A DNA stretch of 63,934 nt, the filler included, from Acidimicrobiia bacterium (GTDB lineage: Bacteria > Actinomycetota > Acidimicrobiia > Spongiisociales > CAZKJJ01), in NCBI GenBank assembly GCA_046759765.1. It is 6 parts of 6 records of this genome, joined end to end, with 100 filler letters (N's around TTAATTAATTAA, not from the genome) between each part and the next. Parts side by side here need not be neighbours in the genome. Positions count along the whole stretch, not along the records: positions 56,532 to 63,934 come from JBHICV010000125.1; 5 more parts are not named here. One strand, 5' to 3'. Numbering within the stretch: position 1 is the stretch's first letter; each line of letters opens with the position of its first letter. The notes beneath the pieces were generated by a model that was not told where the DNA came from, searched no databases, and saw only the letters and a program-made list of their open reading frames with translations. Positions 61,366 through 63,934 of this stretch are shown here, one piece after another. The position numbers and the translations under genes are program-made.

Positions 61366-61368
61366 CGA

Positions 61369-61391
61369 GGAACCGGCCTAAGGCCGGTTCC
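61369..61391 (+). terminator. Perfect inverted repeat after the tRNA
   Basis: GGAACCGGCCT-A-AGGCCGGTTCC. Confidence 0.6.
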
Positions 61392-61421
61392 AGCTCATCC
61401 TGGGCCTCTAGGCTCGGAGTC

Positions 61422-61693
61422 GACTGTGCTAGGTGGGGCGTTAGGGGTGCCCTGAACCCGAAGTCCCCTCAATGCGGGGCCGAACTCCCTGCCGGAGGGC
61501 TGTGCTCGTTCGGGCCAGCGCCGGGCACGTGGTGTTGAAGATTGGGTCCTACGCGACGGGACACCGTGAACCGAGTCAGGTCCGGAAGGAAGCAGCTCTA
61601 AGCGGGCCGTCCCGGGTGCCGTAGGAGTGCCTGATCCGAGCCGGCGACCCGGAACGCGCCGCACGAACAGGCTCGAGGGCAGGGTGCACAGTC
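61422..61693 (+). ncRNA. ffs: Signal recognition particle RNA, large (Alu-domain) type
   Basis: Helix 8 TCAGGTCCGGAAGGAAGCAGC; Alu-like 5' GTGCTAGGTGGGG..GGTGCCCTG.ACCCG; end pairing GACTGTGC/GCACAGTC. Confidence 0.92.
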
Positions 61694-61809
61694 ACCTTCC
61701 TGTGAGTCGCGGTCCCGCCTGGCGGGATCGTTACTGACCGAAAACCGGGTCACAGTTTCCTGTCAATCGGGGCCGCGCTTTTCACGGCTGAGATTGACAA
61801 GAACACGCC

Positions 61810-63060
61810 TTACGCCTCGATCGTGTCGAAGCCCACGTAGGGCTGCAGCGCCTCGGGTATCGCAATCGAGCCGTCGGACTGCTGGTAGTTCTCCATGATC
61901 GCGATGAGCGTCCGACCGATTGCCACCGCAGTGCCGTTGAGCGTGTGCACGAGGCGATTCTTACCCTCATCACGGAAGCGGACCTTGAGCCGACGCGACT
62001 GGTAGTCAGTCGTGTTAGAGCACGAGGTGATCTCCCGATAGCGCCCTTGCGACGGCATCCATGCCTCGATGTCGTACTTCTTGGCCGCGGCCGGACCAAG
62101 ATCCCCAGCCGCCACGTTGACGACGCGATACGGAATGCCGAGTTCTTGCACCAACGCTTCCTCGAGACCCAGCAGCCGCTCGTGCTCAGTAGCCGACTCT
62201 TCCGGGCTGACGAACGAGAACATCTCTACCTTGTCGAATTGGTGCACACGGAAGATACCCCGGGTGTCCTTTCCGTAGGTACCCGCTTCGCGCCGAAAGC
62301 AGGTCGAGAACGCAACGTACCGAACGGGCACAGCATCGAGGATCTCGTCCATATGAAGACCGGCGAGAGGCACCTCGGACGTGCCGACCAGGTAGAGGTC
62401 ATCCCGCTCAATCGCGTACACCTGGTCCCTGTCACCCGGGAAGAAGCCGGTCCCGAAGAGGGCCGGCTCTCGGACCATCACCGGAGGCACGACAGCAGTG
62501 AAGCCCTCCGCGATGAGGCGATCGAGCGCCCATCGAACGAGCGCAAACTCCACGATCACAGCCGCACCTAGGACGTAGCCGAAGCGAGTACCCGACACCT
62601 TCGCCGCTCGTCCAAGGTCGATCATGCCGAGGCGCTCCCCGAGCTCCACATGGTCTAGTAGCTCGAAGCCGTAGTCGGGAATGTCCCCCCACCGGCGGAC
62701 CTCGACCGCATCCTCCTCGGTGGCGCCATCGGCGGCCGTCTCGTCGGGCAGATTTGGAATCGACGCCCACAGCTCGTCGAACTCGGCGGCCGCAGCCTCT
62801 GCCTCGGCCGCCAGGCGCTTCGCCTCTCCACCCAGCGCGCTGGCCTTTTCGATTTCGGACTCTCTCTCATCCCCGTCTAGGTTCGGGATTTCCTGGGAGA
62901 CTCTCTTCTGTTCAGCCCTACGGTCTTCTGACTCGCGCCGCAGGCTGCGTCGTCTCCGGTCCAAGTCCTGAAGTCCGGCGAGGTCTACCGAAAGGCCCCG
63001 GCGGCTCAGGCCTGACTCGAGCCGAGCGAGGTCGTCACGTAGCAGCGCCGGGTCGAGCAT
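61810..63060 (-). CDS. serS: Serine--tRNA ligase
   Basis: MLD, IPN, GTSEV, CFRREAG..GKDTRG.FRVHQFDKVE, EITSCSN.TDYQ.RR, HTLNGT. Confidence 0.98.
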   Translation of the reverse strand: MLDPALLRDDLARLESGLSRRGLSVDLAGLQDLDRRRRSLRRESEDRRAEQKRVSQEIPNLDGDERESEIEKASALGGEAKRLAAEAEAAAAEFDELWASIPNLPDETAADGATEEDAVEVRRWGDIPDYGFELLDHVELGERLGMIDLGRAAKVSGTRFGYVLGAAVIVEFALVRWALDRLIAEGFTAVVPPVMVREPALFGTGFFPGDRDQVYAIERDDLYLVGTSEVPLAGLHMDEILDAVPVRYVAFSTCFRREAGTYGKDTRGIFRVHQFDKVEMFSFVSPEESATEHERLLGLEEALVQELGIPYRVVNVAAGDLGPAAAKKYDIEAWMPSQGRYREITSCSNTTDYQSRRLKVRFRDEGKNRLVHTLNGTAVAIGRTLIAIMENYQQSDGSIAIPEALQPYVGFDTIEA

Positions 63061-63103
63061 GGCAGGCGGATGCTACTGCTGGGCCTGCGCAGTCCTCTTG
63101 CCT

Positions 63104-63934
63104 TCAGGCCTCGACAGCATCGTTGACGAAGAACCGTCTGCGATGGAAATTGTTGTCGAGTTTCGACGAGTCCTCCTCAGCGACTTTGGTGATAGCGACG
63201 GAAAGATCGTATGCCTCACTCGGCGTAACGGGCAAAGCCGCGAACATCGCCGTGTTCTGCCCTCCGGGCGCCAACACCGCCAGCACCTGCTGGTCTTGAA
63301 ACAGCACGTTTCCGCCGTCGGTCGTCAGAGTGAGAGCCACACGAACCGCCTCCTCCGGACGGTTTCCATGGTTGGCGACAACGATTTGAACATCGATCGT
63401 CTCAGTAGCGGGAATCACACTGACGGTGGCGTCGGCCTCGGAGATCTCCTCAGGCGTAATACGCACGGCCGAGATCCCCACGTCGACCACCAACGCGAGG
63501 CTGGGCGAACGACGCGCAGCCTGAGCGAGACTACTTGCAACGATGGGCGGATCACCTTCCACATAGGCAACCGACGGGAGGTCTCCGGCTTCGACGTCGA
63601 TCATGGATCTCAGGGCCGCCGCTAGGTCCAGAAACCCCTCGTAGGTCGAGTCTCCTACACGGAGCTTGGTCAAGGCGAGCCCCAAATCGCGTTCGGCGAG
63701 GGGACTCTGAGGCTGATCTACGGAATCCAGTAGTGCCACCTCGAACTCCCCCAGACCTTCATTCCACGACTCGAGCGCCACGAGGAATACTTGTTGGGCC
63801 GCCTGTGCCTGCGGCGGAGCCTGCGAGATGGCGATCTGTTCCATTGCCTCCTGTGTCCCCTCCATCAGTTGCGCCATCGTCGCCATCAGGCTCTCGCGAT
63901 CAATCCGGTTGAGATCTCTTCGGACAAGCTCCTG
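63104..63934 (-). CDS. Hypothetical protein with C-terminal CARDB/Ig-like domain, 5' end outside window
   Basis: Frame open to the window edge; helical region, then V.I.V.N.GN..E...LAPG beta-sandwich pattern. Confidence 0.7.
   Translation of the reverse strand, partial: QELVRRDLNRIDRESLMATMAQLMEGTQEAMEQIAISQAPPQAQAAQQVFLVALESWNEGLGEFEVALLDSVDQPQSPLAERDLGLALTKLRVGDSTYEGFLDLAAALRSMIDVEAGDLPSVAYVEGDPPIVASSLAQAARRSPSLALVVDVGISAVRITPEEISEADATVSVIPATETIDVQIVVANHGNRPEEAVRVALTLTTDGGNVLFQDQQVLAVLAPGGQNTAMFAALPVTPSEAYDLSVAITKVAEEDSSKLDNNFHRRRFFVNDAVEA

Overview
High-GC actinobacterial DNA, most like an Acidimicrobiia metagenome bin (inferred from gene content: CofC/LLM, MsiK, HU, VanW, and a large SRP RNA). 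The window is not contiguous. It holds six contigs joined by 100-nt artificial linkers (N44-TTAATTAATTAA-N44), and the four complete contigs fall in length (11220, 11142, 11112, 11079 bp), so adjacency across gaps carries no meaning. Contig 1: a zincin-motif lipoprotein, mdh, HU, an SCP2 protein, a DHDPS-family enzyme, and an array of four Tad/Flp pseudopilin cassettes (5 TadE, 4 TadG-like). Contig 2: two convergent PD-(D/E)xK nucleases, VanW, pyk, cofC, msiK and transport/redox genes. Contigs 4 and 3 overlap by 55 bp and really join 4->3. Together they carry a catabolic cluster with two pseudogenes, an adenylate cyclase and argHG/argR. Contig 5: tuf end plus the S10/spc operon to secY, interrupted by two non-coding repeat elements. 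Contig 6: a TIR-TM-14xWD40 gene bracketed by two 69-bp tRNA-Ser(TGA) 3' fragments, flanked by lipoprotein genes, then tadA, tRNA-Ser(GGA), an Alu-containing SRP RNA and serS. The best novel-system candidate is this tRNA-fragment-delimited cassette array with a Toll-like receptor-style cargo. The modular pseudopilin array is second. All calls were made by eye from motifs; no searches were run.
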